From positions 2,108,001 to 2,172,000 of the forward strand of contig NC_089433.1 of the NCBI RefSeq assembly GCF_026210795.1: a stretch of 64,000 nucleotides of DNA, given 5' to 3'. A program made the translations under genes and the position numbers. The notes under the pieces were generated by a model. It had not been told where the DNA came from, did not search any database, and saw only the letters and a list, made by a program, of their open reading frames with translations. Positions 28,901 to 40,594 of this stretch are shown piece after piece (position 1 is the first letter of the stretch; the number at the start of each line of letters is the position of its first letter). This DNA is from Rhizophagus irregularis (taxonomy: Eukaryota).

Positions 28901-29783
28901 AATCCCAGAACCGGGTGAGCGTTTTGAGTATGTTGTAGTTGAGAATAATTCATCAGATAAGGTCGGAGATAAAATGGAGTATCCAGAGGTAGTGAGGCGA
29001 TTAGGTAAAAAGATCGATATCAGCTATTATCTGAAAACCGTCGTCGGCCTCTGTGCACGATTTATTAACTATGATGAAAGTTTCCAGCCATCATCTGAAA
29101 TTGTGCTGGAGGCCTTAAAAAAGTTGAAAGATGCTAATAAAGCGGGTGATAATAAAGCGGATGACGGTGGGGTGGATGGAGATGACCTGGATGAAGACGA
29201 AGAAGATAAAGATGAAATGGATGAAGATGAGGTATCAAAAATAAGAGATGTCTTAGCGCAGAAATTGGCTGAAAAGTGGATTAGGGGGTATATCAAAAGC
29301 CTACGTGATGGTCCGAAAAAAGATAAAACCATCATATCTCATTTATGGGAAGGGGCACGCATTTACGTGAAAAAATTATTTGATACTACTTATGCCAACA
29401 AGGGAGAACACCTGACTAACAATGCTTATTACCAATCATTACTCAATGCGCTAGATAAGCAAGAAGAATCCATCCGCTTAAAACTTTCATCATTGCTTAA
29501 AGAAATTTCTGAGGTTGATATAGAGTATAGAGACAGTATGTATAAATTAGTTACTAAGAAGAGACACAGAGCAATGTCCTTAGAACAATATTTAACATCA
29601 TATTATTTGGATGAGTGGGTCCCAAAGGGACCGTGTAAGCTACTAGCAGATTTCTGAAACATATGGTACAAAGTGGTTGGCCTAGAAATCACACGCTACC
29701 GAACATTGTCAAAATTACAGGATAGCAAAAAAGATGATTCATCCGAATCAGATATAGACGAGATTATCGAATTATATGGATAA
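25977..29783 (+). pseudogene. polB: Family B DNA polymerase (RNA-primed, delta/large-DNA-virus-like) with 3'-5' exonuclease; three in-frame stops
   Basis: ExoI WDIETY, ExoII GFNDSQYDW, ExoIII YCIIDA, motif A LDFASLYPS, motif B KVYMNTFYG, motif C YGDTDS, KKKYYG. The three ORFs share one frame, with stops at 27189, 27780 and 29655, and the frame reads on to TAA at 29783. Confidence 0.95.
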
Positions 29784-30056
29784 GTACTCTTAGCGGGATG
29801 TGGAAATTTCAGCTAAGAAACTTAGGCGTTAAGGTGCTTCGCATAATATTATTTATATATTTTTTCTCGTGTAATAATACCGGCTAACTTCAATTCCTAT
29901 ATTCGATCTGGGTTTGCAAGACAAACATCTCTTCCGGCCTCCGATCATACAGCCCGACCTCGGATATGCCTGAAGATAATTATTAGTATTTTGCATATCA
30001 AAGTTTACGATCAGCCGAAAAATCCACATATTTTAAAGATAAGCTTTATTGGTATA

Positions 30057-30356
30057 ATGGCCGAACTACGTGACCAAGTTTCCCAGTACATAGGCTTCGA
30101 ACCCAACAAAATCCATCTCCCGATCACAGAAGATGATAGATGGTTATTTCGCAAAATAATAGCAGATCAGGAAGGGATGAGAGATATCGTAATGGATGAC
30201 TATCAATATTTACTACAACACGGTCATAATGGTAAGGGAGGTAACCGGATCCATATTGGATGGTTGTTTGCATGTACACTGGCCCAAGCTAAAAAGATAT
30301 TAATAAATCCGCCCGAAGATTTATCAAAAAAGGTATTAGCCCACATCCAAAGATGA
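30057..30356 (+). CDS. Small hypothetical protein
   Basis: ORF starting MAELRDQVSQ; no recognised motif. Confidence 0.45.
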   Translation: MAELRDQVSQYIGFEPNKIHLPITEDDRWLFRKIIADQEGMRDIVMDDYQYLLQHGHNGKGGNRIHIGWLFACTLAQAKKILINPPEDLSKKVLAHIQR

Positions 30357-30399
30357 TTCAGAGAAGTCCCGCTCGCGCCAGTACTTATACGGTAGTCGA

Positions 30400-30636
30400 T
30401 TAGGATTTGAGATGATAAATATCTGGCCTATTTCTATATTTTTTGTAGGTAAAGTATCGGTCACTTTCTTTCGACTTGGCACTCCACATATTCCATATTT
30501 TTTTCCCGATCACAAGCCATATAATTGCAATCAGTAGTAAGGTAAGTATGGAATATATTAACATAGGCGACATTAAGGAGTCCGCAACAATAGGAATAGC
30601 CGGTAGTAGAGGTATTGATTGGGCTGATGATACCAT
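30400..30636 (-). CDS. Small single-pass membrane protein
   Basis: Hydrophobic LIYSILTLLLIAIIWLVIG followed by a basic tail; ATG abuts the upstream stop (TAAATG). Confidence 0.55.
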   Translation of the reverse strand: MVSSAQSIPLLPAIPIVADSLMSPMLIYSILTLLLIAIIWLVIGKKIWNMWSAKSKESDRYFTYKKYRNRPDIYHLKS

Positions 30637-31422
30637 TTATGCGCCACCTGCGGAAATAATTTGGGATGAATCATTCATAGGCGGGGGTGGAGGGGATATT
30701 TCATTATTTTCCTTCAATTCTAACTGGTCTCTGAGGGACCTATTTTCTTCCATTAAATTTGATCGCGCCGAATACAAAGCATCTATTTCCCGACTGGTTA
30801 TCTCATGTGTCGTTTCTATCCCTTTTTCCATACATTCTATTGTATATTCTTTTGAATTATGGTCCTCCTTCGCTCGTTCCAATTCAAGCCTGAGGGATTC
30901 TATTTCAGATGAGCTTATTTGGGCTGACTCCCCTCCCGTTACATCCAAATCATGATATGTACGCTCTAGATCTATGTCCTCCAACTTACCTTCCAATTCG
31001 CGTATTTTAGTTTCAAGAGAAAGAATCTGGACCTTGTCAGCGGACGAAGCTTTCTGGGCCAAAGTCGCCTTTCTCTTCAGTGTTTTAATCTCTGATTTGA
31101 GCGATTGGATTTTAGCAGTATATTTGACTTCAAGCTTACGTTGACTTTCGGAATGAGACTTCCGTTCAGAAATAAGTTGGGATCTAACCTTAGTACTGGA
31201 CGCGTTTAACTGGCTAGCTTTATTTTCAAACTCCTTTTTTCGCTCATTGTACTTATCTACCAGCTTTTCGCTGAGATCATTAATTTCGGCTTTAGATTTA
31301 ATAGCGGAATATAATTTTTCTTTAAACTCTTGCTCATATGTACCACCAAGTCGTTGTCCGACCCCCTTAAAGGAATCATTATCTTTATTATTGATATTTT
31401 TCAAGGTATATACATTGGTCAT
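30637..31422 (-). CDS. Coiled-coil protein with a Pro-rich C-terminus
   Basis: Intact 261-aa ORF with E/K/L heptads and SPPPPP. Confidence 0.7.
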   Translation of the reverse strand: MTNVYTLKNINNKDNDSFKGVGQRLGGTYEQEFKEKLYSAIKSKAEINDLSEKLVDKYNERKKEFENKASQLNASSTKVRSQLISERKSHSESQRKLEVKYTAKIQSLKSEIKTLKRKATLAQKASSADKVQILSLETKIRELEGKLEDIDLERTYHDLDVTGGESAQISSSEIESLRLELERAKEDHNSKEYTIECMEKGIETTHEITSREIDALYSARSNLMEENRSLRDQLELKENNEISPPPPPMNDSSQIISAGGA

Positions 31423-31660
31423 AGCCTTTTTTTTTCGGCTTAGTTGCTAATATAAAAAATGTGTCTAAAAATTTCTGGACTGAATCTACCGAAAATATAT
31501 CGATAGTACTGAATATACCAAATATATCGGATGGATCGAATGTACCGAATCTACCGAAAATAAATCGATAATATCGAACAAAAATCGATTGAATATCGAA
31601 ATTATATCGAAAATACACCGATAATTTTTCGAAAGATTTTTTTATATCTATCTGTAAAAA

Positions 31661-32116
31661 ATGCTTCAGTATCTACGTTCAGATGCGACCCCCCTATCAG
31701 CTGAAGATATTCAGGATATTATTAAAGCTAAAAATTCAATGAAGCGAGCATCGGAAGCCATGGCTAACAAGTACAAAATATCATCACGACGGGTATATCA
31801 AATATGGAGAGGAGTCCATCCACAAATAGATCCTAAAGACATAAATCGATTTTCGGAAGAACCTGGTTCGCCTTAGCAAGCAGACCCTGTGGAATGTAAT
31901 GTTATTTCTGGAAGTAAGGTAAAAAAGTTTGGAGGAAAAAAAACTAAGTCTAAATCCGTTCGTATCTCTGAATTACCTGTTATTCAGACACCACTAGCTT
32001 CAATAAGCTCAAAAAGTTTAAATATAAGCAATGAGGAATTAGAAGCATTTTGTGAGAAAGAAGATAAGAGAGGCGAAAAAATCACAGAAGAAATGAATAG
32101 GATACTAGCCACGTAA
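31661..32116 (+). pseudogene. Helix-turn-helix DNA-binding protein (one in-frame stop)
   Basis: SEAMANKYKISSRRVYQIWRG; ORFs 31661 and 31889 are in frame across a TAG at 31874. Confidence 0.6.
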
Positions 32117-33033
32117 AAGATATTTTTCATTTAGTTCATTATAACGTAATAACAACTCCTCACATAATTCATTGAGATTTTCTTTAGACTTAAGAGTGTT
32201 ATATAACATTCTTTCAAGCTCCTCATAACTCACTTTTTTTTTAATGTCACATCTGCATCCAAGTCCTGTGAAATCTTGTCTGGAGCTGGCAGATCATCAC
32301 ATTCGGGAGTAGTCCTCACACAATTCACCTCGAGCTTATTCTTGATCTTATGCATAGTCACTGGGATGATATAATCCTTTCCATTAAGAGGGATCTTTAG
32401 CTCGTTAGTAGCCCAATCCACTGCGCACCTATATTTCTTTAAAAGTTGGTTAGAAAATATTAGCGTCGGCTTTTTATATCTCATGACAACAAAATCTTCA
32501 TGAATGGTAAGTCCAGGGGCTAGAGTAATTGGTAGATTGCGTACGACCCCAACAGATTCAACGGGAACAGTGGAGATGCCTTCAAGATCATGTATCTCAG
32601 ATTTATTGATTTTATCTCCCACGCGTTCAACAATATTCTCCGTTATGATAGGGGTTCAGCTCCAGAGTTGAGAGTCATAGCCGGAATCTTTAAACGCCTG
32701 ATTTTACACTTCACGGTCGCAACACTGGTTTTCGGCTCCTTCTTCTTGACGAAGTCGATCTCCATAGGATCATCTAAAGACTCCTCTTCCAGACTGAACT
32801 CATCCGAATCTTTTGAAGATGATGATACATCATTTTGGGATACTATCTTTGCCTCCGTAGCAGCCACTATCTGTTTGGACGCAATGAGACCAGAATCTTG
32901 GAAAAAATGTGGGGGAAGATTAGTTTAAGCTCACTATGAAGGACTTTACGAATAGTCTCCTCTAGTGGTATTTCTCTCAGCTTGGCACTAGACATCTCTT
33001 TAGAGGATAATTTCTCAGATTCACTCCCCTTCT
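32105..33033 (-). pseudogene. Retropepsin-like aspartic protease downstream of Gag, in the -1 frame
   Basis: CKIRRLKIPAMTL(N)SGAEP at the D-S-G-A position, then EDFVVM...LIFSNQLLKKYRCAVDW...LKIP. Single-base losses in C-runs at ~32911 and ~32651. Confidence 0.75.
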
Positions 33034-35507
33034 TCACTTTTTTTTTGTCTTGGCAATATTAACAGTATTATCGCCTCCAGAATCGGAAGAATCATCTGAA
33101 CTTGAATCAGAATCAGAACTATCGTTAGATGAGGTATTGGAAGAAGAATCTAAATCTGAATCTGGTTCTATAGCGAGATTAACCTTACCCTTTTTAGACT
33201 TCTTACTTTTCTTTTTCTTCTTTACAGAGCACTTACGAGAAGTGTGTCCAAATCTACCGCACTTAGAACATTTCTTAATGGCACTTTTAACGGCGGATTT
33301 GATAGCATTTATTGTAGCACTATTTAGTGTCATGCCAGCCATACTGTCAGTAATATCATCCACAGGATCATAATTATAATCATCGCTAGGGCTACGCTAC
33401 CTTTCCCTCTTAATAGTTCACTTAAAAATCGTCTAATAATAAGGTCTTTCCTCTCTTATTGGCCGATTTTTTACTATTATCTAGAATCTTAGTTGCTCGA
33501 GACATAGTCTCTTGAAAGGATTTAGCTATGGCTTCTTGTAAATCAGCCTTAGTGATATTTTCCTGACCAGAAGAAGATACCGGTGATAGATTTGGCACCG
33601 ATTGTTGTAACGCCTGAATCCTACTATTTACAATTTTATCAATATCTTCTGTAGTAATATTCTGGTGGGCAGGCGCTTTTGGTTTTGTCTTGGTAATTGG
33701 CTGGTTATAAATATCCTCACCCAGAAGCAAATTATTCCTTTCTGTTTCAATCTCTTCCAGTGTCTCAATCAATTCATCATTTAAAGGTCTGTTTAAACCC
33801 AGTCGTTTCATTTCCAACTTGTTTTCAGGAGTCAAGCCACGTATAAATTGTATTCTTTTTTCACGATCAGATATTCGAGCCCAGCTAGCATATTTATTTA
33901 TCTTTCTATAGTAATTTCTAACTGAATCAGATCCTTGAGTCAAAGTGCCAAAGATCAATTCCTGTTGCTCTCAAACAACTGTAGGATAATTCCTTTTAAA
34001 CCAATAGATGACCTGACTAATATTGATATCAGGAAGGACTATATGATTGTTATTATTTAAAGCTCCATTCGGGCATTGGTTGCTGTACCAGCATCGACAG
34101 GACACCCATCAGCAAGAGACCAATCTTCATCTGCGTGAACATTATGTGCTGAGATAACTGTAGCGCCAGTAGCTCCAGCTGGCAATCCTGGTGGTGGAGT
34201 ACCATCAGGCGCATTAATCATGGCGGCCGTTATGTTAGCATTATTTAGGGCCACTACGGCGGCCATATTTGCTAAAGCATTCCCACATCTTACATGATTC
34301 AATCGCCATTTTTTACCTTTAAGCTTATCTTCAGCCCAACGCGATGCCTCATCTGTCAAGCAGGACCAGAATAGCTCTAAAGCTCTCTGTTTACCACCTG
34401 CATTAGCAGTAGTGATATTGGCCGCCGTAAGATAGAGTCTGTAATCTTTTATGAATTCATCTATATCTTCATCCGCTCTACCTGAGAATCTTTTTGGTGC
34501 ATATCCTGCCATCCTTAAATGTGAAAGATTATTTTGTAATGCGAATATTTGTCCTTGCAAATTTAAATTATTCTGGCGTTCTGCTTGGGTCTTATTTTTC
34601 CATTTCTCATATCGCTCATATAACCTGTCTCGATTAAATTCTAACAGACCTATATCCCCTCTACTTAGCTGTAAGTGGTGGGCATTTCGCTGATACAATA
34701 ATTGTAAGGCAAATTTTTCTTGTATCAGTACACCTATACGGGTTTGCTTTCTTGCTATATTACCTATCATTCTATTTACCTGGTTTTGAGCATTGGTCCG
34801 CAACTGATGGAGATCACCAATAACATTAGCCATTCCACCTTCAGCAAGATCTCTTCGCGTAATAGCAAGATCTCGCTCACCTTCTGCATCATAGCGCCTT
34901 CTTTGCTCACGGGCTAAATCCTGATGCAAATTATTCTCTTTTCGACGTATCTGCCTTGTCGCCCTTTTTATTTGGTCTATTAGAATATCTCTGGTCGTTG
35001 TCCTATTATTTAGATAACCATCTATAGCATTTGCTAGCTCTGTGATTGTGGCCATATTATCATCAGAATTATACAAGTCCGGAGAATTACCTCTTTCCGG
35101 TGAATTTTTTCGTGATGAGATAGTTTTGATCCAGCATCGCAATTTCTTTACCTGCTCCTCGGAATTTACTAACAGACTCTCTATACTAGAAATATGTTTT
35201 TCATTATCACGAATATCCTTCTTAGCTTGATATAGTTGCTTTTTTAGGCTGGAGATTTTAGATTTTAGCTCTGCTATCTCCTCTTTCGAAGCATTCTCAA
35301 GACGTTCTATTTCACCGTTAAGAGTTTGGATTTCTTGTTCACAATGGACACATTCACGTTCCAGCTCCCTGATCTGCTTTTCATTTTGGCAGTTACTATC
35401 AACTTCTCTTGCAATTCACTACGAAGATGGTAGTTCTCCTCCTCCAGCTCAGCTTTATATTCTTCACATGTTCTTCTTTGCCTTAGATGGGGCCTCCGAA
35501 ATGCCAT
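33034..35507 (-). pseudogene. Gag-like polyprotein: N-terminal coiled coil, retrotransposon-type capsid domain, CCHC zinc knuckle
   Basis: PKRFSGRADEDIDEFIKDY (capsid N-terminus), LTDEASRW, LTQGSDSVRNYYRKI...QFIRGL (MHR-like), CSKCGRFGHTSRKC (CX2CX4HX4C); split by frameshifts and stops. Confidence 0.8.
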
Positions 35508-35537
35508 TCTTTTTTGTGATTATAAAAGAGAATCAGA

Positions 35538-37187
35538 ATGAGCCAACCACAAATCTTGATAGACCCTATTGAGGCTCAGAGAATTGAAAAAAATATCATA
35601 TTGCGTGGAATATATTATCGCCCAACTGGCTATTATTCTAATCCCAAATCGTTAAGAGATGTATGTAAAAAAGAGGGGCACCAATTCCGCCTAAGTGAAT
35701 GTAAAGATTTTTTAGAAAATCAAGAGTCATACCAAATTAATAAAACCTCTCCAAAATACATCCCTAGAGTCAGCTATGGGCGAATAACACGTCCCAATTG
35801 CGTACATCAGTGCGATATACTATTTCTCACACATGATCGTTATAGAGGTAAAAAATATAAAGCAGTGCTTAATATAATAGACTGTGCCTCCAGATACAAA
35901 GCTTCAGTTCCACTTAGATCGAAGAAAAGTTCTGAGGTTGTTAAAGCATTTAGAAAAATATATGATGACCCTAGTAATTCTCTTACTTATCCTAAATTAC
36001 TTCAAACAGATAATGGGCGAGAATGGATGGGCGAGACTTCCCGACTAATGCAAGAGCACAATGTTATAATTCGAGTGATTGGCCCATATAGTCATAGAGG
36101 ACTTGCTTTTGTGGAGCGTTTCAACCAAACACTCTCAAAAATTCTATACAAAATCCAGTATGCTATTGAATCAATAACTTCCGATCCTCAATTAATAAGA
36201 GCATGGGTTAGATATATACCAGTAGTTATTGATTATCTAAATAATTATCCCACGCGCCTTATTCGAGAACCAGGATCAGAAAAGTGGGGACTCGAGCCAG
36301 TGAAAGCCATTGTATTAGATCGAGTAGAATCTAAACCATCTACAAAATATAAGCGCCCGGTTGGAAAAGATGAAATAGCATTAAAGAAAGATGATTCTAT
36401 CCGCTACCTACTTGCCAATGCAGAATGGGAAGGGGGTATGGAGAATCAGAAAAGAGCAACTGACCCTATATGGTCGCCTTCTATTCATAAAATTCAAAAA
36501 GTTGTTGTTATAAAGAATGAGCCAGTTTTATATTATCTCGATGGTGAATTTGCACTATCTCGCGGGTTTGTGCGAGAAGAACTTATGTTAATAGCTGATC
36601 CAGAAAGGGTTGGTCGTCCGCCTCAAAGCATATTGTCTGTACATATTGCATATGCTTCCCCTACTAATAGCGAGCTAGATCAAGCGAAGAATTATGCTAA
36701 GAAGCGCAATGGTCAATGTTTAGGAAAGACCGGACGAACAAATGGCCATAGCATATATCTTTGGTCTTGTAAGAATGGTGCGCATCAGTGGGAGTATCCA
36801 TTAAAATATATTATGAAAAAATTTGAATGGTGTCCTCTTTGCCATCATACTACCGAAAGAACTGTACGATATATTTTTAAGGATTTGTTAGGCAAGAAAT
36901 TTCCACCATGTAGGGGTAAGTTCTTAGATGGGCTACACTTGGATGGATATAATGAGGAATTGCGTCTTGCATTTGAATTCCAGGGTCCTCAACACTATCA
37001 TCACAATAATTTCTATCACCGGGGGAATGAAAATCTAAAATCACAAAATATGCGCGATCAAAAGAAGCGGGATATATGCAAGGACCAAGATATATGCCTT
37101 ATCGAAGTGCCATACACATGTGACCTTTTGCCTTTCATTAAGCATACACTGATCGAGAAAGGATTCTTGGATAAAGCGAAGGAATAG
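35538..37187 (+). CDS. Retroviral-type (rve/c-integrase) DDE integrase fused to a zinc ribbon and PD-(D/E)xK nuclease
   Basis: HQCDIL (D), LQTDNGREW (D), FVERFNQTL (E); C-terminal [10 protein letters not shown]...WCPLC and [20 protein letters not shown]...DQKKRDIC. Confidence 0.9.
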   Translation: MSQPQILIDPIEAQRIEKNIILRGIYYRPTGYYSNPKSLRDVCKKEGHQFRLSECKDFLENQESYQINKTSPKYIPRVSYGRITRPNCVHQCDILFLTHDRYRGKKYKAVLNIIDCASRYKASVPLRSKKSSEVVKAFRKIYDDPSNSLTYPKLLQTDNGREWMGETSRLMQEHNVIIRVIGPYSHRGLAFVERFNQTLSKILYKIQYAIESITSDPQLIRAWVRYIPVVIDYLNNYPTRLIREPGSEKWGLEPVKAIVLDRVESKPSTKYKRPVGKDEIALKKDDSIRYLLANAEWEGGMENQKRATDPIWSPSIHKIQKVVVIKNEPVLYYLDGEFALSRGFVREELMLIADPERVGRPPQSILSVHIAYASPTNSELDQAKNYAKKRNGQCLGKTGRTNGHSIYLWSCKNGAHQWEYPLKYIMKKFEWCPLCHHTTERTVRYIFKDLLGKKFPPCRGKFLDGLHLDGYNEELRLAFEFQGPQHYHHNNFYHRGNENLKSQNMRDQKKRDICKDQDICLIEVPYTCDLLPFIKHTLIEKGFLDKAKE

Positions 37188-37234
37188 GTCCATCCCAGAA
37201 ATTTTTTGGGCTAAGAAATTCATTTTGGCATAAT

Positions 37235-37987
37235 ATGCAATACTGTATGGAATTCTTTGTGTATAACGTTAATGAGATCCCCAGAAAATCTTTGGATCGA
37301 ATGAAGGGTAATAAATATAGTCCAGATTGGCCTTTTCGCCTTTTAGTGACTGAAGGCTCACATAGTGGAAAAACTAATATGGTTATAAACCTTATTCTTG
37401 GCAACAAACTTCAGCGCATGTTTAAAGGCAAGAAGGGGAATAGATATATTAAAAATGATCACCTCGTATTGGTTGGAAAACATGCTGAGCCTAAATGGGA
37501 GCTGGTTAAAAATGCTTTCCATATTTTTGCAAATAGCCCTGACCCATATCGGGAGAATATCTCATTTCAAACAATAAAGGCCGAAAAAATTCCAGATATA
37601 AGCAAATTCTCCCCAAAAGGAAGCACTGTTATTGTTTTTGAAGATCTTTGCGCTGAATCAAAAAAAATACAAGAACGTATCGTCCCTTACTTTATTAGCG
37701 GTCGGCATCAAAACATCTCACCAATATATGTAACTCAGAAATATCAAGCTGTACCAAAGATAATTCGTGAAAATATCTCACATCTAGTCATGTTCCGAGG
37801 GAGTGGATCTAGAGAAGACATATGTAGAGTTGTGCGTCAATATACGGATGATCCGAAAAAGGCATCCAAGATTATTGACAAGCATTTGCGAAATCAGAAT
37901 TTTATAGTTTTTGATTTTACTAAGATGATAGATGATCCATTAGCGATTAGACTAGGTTGGGATACTCCTTTGAAGCTGGACGAGTAG
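37235..37987 (+). CDS. A32-like (FtsK-HerA superfamily) genome-packaging ATPase
   Basis: PFRLLVT(E)GSHSGKT Walker A, VIVFEDL Walker B, GRHQNISPIYVTQ and PKIIREN motifs typical of Polinton/poxvirus A32 ATPases. Confidence 0.88.
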   Translation: MQYCMEFFVYNVNEIPRKSLDRMKGNKYSPDWPFRLLVTEGSHSGKTNMVINLILGNKLQRMFKGKKGNRYIKNDHLVLVGKHAEPKWELVKNAFHIFANSPDPYRENISFQTIKAEKIPDISKFSPKGSTVIVFEDLCAESKKIQERIVPYFISGRHQNISPIYVTQKYQAVPKIIRENISHLVMFRGSGSREDICRVVRQYTDDPKKASKIIDKHLRNQNFIVFDFTKMIDDPLAIRLGWDTPLKLDE

Positions 37988-38519
37988 AATCTGACTTCAT
38001 GGATGCCAGCTCTTTTTCCGCCTCCTGCACCTGCATCTTCAGATCTTTGATCTCATAGCGCATTTTCTTATTTGCATTAACCCGCTCATTGTACTCTAGA
38101 TTTACATCTCGCATAAACTTCTCAAAAGTTCTTTTATTATAATCGAGCAGGTGCTGGGATAGTACTTTAAGCTCATTCATAACCCGGCGATTATTCTCTT
38201 CCTCGTGATCATACTTTAGCGCCTCCGGCCAAGTGATATTATCAGTTTGAGTATCATTATCTGAGACAAATATAAATGGTATTTTTTTGAACGATGTCGG
38301 GCATTCTGGCCAACTTTGGGTTCATCTCTGGCGCATTAATCTTTTCTGATATCTAATAGCTTCATGTTTTAAAAACGACTCTACAATTGGATTAATTTCA
38401 CTGGCCTCTTTCTCAGATAATGGGTTACGCCTCCGTGATGTGAGACGAATCCATGCCTCATTTATTATGGAAGCTGGTAACTTAGCTAGCAATTCAGAAT
38501 ATGCTTGGTTAAATGCCAT
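37947..38519 (-). pseudogene. Hypothetical coiled-coil protein (one in-frame stop)
   Basis: The ORFs ending at 38322 and starting at 38180 are in frame across a TGA. Confidence 0.55.
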
Positions 38520-38834
38520 TATATATTTATACATGGCGTAAAAAAATGGAATTCCATGAAATTTCAAAAAATTAGACCACTTTATTCTATCAGATTAGTA
38601 CATGGAGGTATATTTGTGAAATAAATCACCAGGGCCAGTTTTATTATAATTCAAATAATAATAGTACACCTATGACCGAAGGCACTTCGGGCTGGACAAT
38701 ATATTATTATTTTATTAAGACAATATTCAGGATCTGGGTCAAGGACTGATCTGGAAAATTCAGCAGGTGATACGATACATAGTGTCGACCAATTTTACTA
38801 GGCGATCATGTATACAGATTATATAGCTATCATA

Positions 38835-40003
38835 TTATTTTAATAAAGAATCTATAGTCCGGAGAATTTCTTGCACATAGTCACAGTTATTGTTAAAATC
38901 TGAGAAATCTATAATAGTTAACCCTCCGTCGAAAGTAGTAATATAGGAAGATTTGAACATGTCAATTTCTAGTGAATTACATGGATATAGTTTGCCTTCC
39001 TTTTTACATTTATATCGCGCATATTCTGAAATTTTAACAAAGTTTGTAACAATATTGTTATAATAGTCTTTAGTAGTATGGTAATGTCCAGGATTTGCTA
39101 GATATTTTAGCATAATAGTCCAATCACTATAACCAACGAATCTATAATCTTGCTGATACGATTTTATAAAAGTAACTATATATGCTACAGTAGTTAGTCG
39201 AACATATAACTGGTATTTCTTCTTTTCTGCCCAGTCATGTGGAGTATAATGATAATACAAACTACGCAAACGAGGTTCATTCTGATGATGTGCAGGTACA
39301 TCTCTGGCTAGAATTCTTTGACCAAAATAGTCTACATATTGATCATCAGGAATTCTTATATCACGAGGAGTTATACCTAAATACTTCTTCTCGTCAGGAG
39401 TATTATCGTTTCTCACCATATTCCAAACTCGTTTTGCCCAAGTTTCAGGTTTCAACTTGAAAGCTCTCCAAGCCCGTTGGATAATTTTTGCATTATTAAA
39501 TATATGATATGCAGTCTTTTTCCACAATTCATAGTCTGCATCACATCTAATTCTAAAACCCCGACTAGGAAAATCAGTAAATTTACCACAAATCTCATAA
39601 ATTTCATCTTTACTTAATTCTAATGCTATTCTTCCTTCTTTTTTCTGAATAGGATTAGAATATGTAAGATGTTTTTTAGTGGATTTAGTAATGCATTCAT
39701 TCAGATGATTATTCGCATATTCAATTGTATTTTCACGAATAGTTCTAAGGAGTCGCATACAGTGCAATAAATATAAACTGAGCGCTCTCTGACTCTAAAT
39801 CTCCCATCCTTATATGATCTTTCAGTCATTTGAATAAAAGCATTCTTGGAGAAGTATTTTGGGTTATTCTCGAGAAGTTTCTTAAATGGATAAGAAATTC
39901 GAAAACACCACATTTCTGGAGTTTCATCACTATACCTATATTGCAGATTATTTAATGCCTGCACTACAACAGGATTTAAACCAGAATAGTTAGTTTTAAC
40001 CAT
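38835..40003 (-). pseudogene. Hypothetical protein with a CxxC pair and IQ-like motif, frameshifted
   Basis: Overlapping ORFs 39701-40003 (YCTVCDS) and 38835-39767 (AKIIQRAWRAFK). Confidence 0.55.
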
Positions 40004-40594
40004 TTTTATAGTTTATAACCGATCTTAGTGATTTACTGTATAGCGTTTTAGCGAATTATAGCAATTTCAGCGAATTCTAGCAATGATTTAGCAACTTATA
40101 CTAGATAATATCATCATTCAAATTTATACAGATTTACTGATTAGCAATTAGATGATTTGTAGCCGATTTGCGAGACTACATGCTAGTAAATCCAAAATCC
40201 ATTTTTATTTGATTACAAACATTTCGGAATTTATATGCTAATTTTATATTTACATGCAGTTTGTGGATCTCTCGTGATTAACAGGGGGATTAGCCAAAGA
40301 CGCTTTGCATGATTTATAACATAAAAATTTGTATCACCTTAGCTCCCAGACAGTTCCCGGCACTTCCTCGCAACCTTCTCGCAACTCAAATCACGGGATG
40401 GGTTACAGATCAGCCAATAAGATTTTGCGCAGTAGCTAAGCCACCATTATTATTCGATTAATCATTATATCGATCATTTTTTAGCCTTAATACAATTACG
40501 ACGCTCATTTATTCACAGCTCAGTCGAACTATGGCACTTAAAGGCAAGGCTTTTTTGCTTGCTCTGTTACCCCACTTTTCTTAAAACCGTAAAA

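Noticed and set aside
32105..37187. Nested LTR retrotransposon (gag-pro-int)
   Set aside because: No LTRs, RT or RNase H; the integrase is on the opposite strand, head-to-head with gag and followed by the ATPase.
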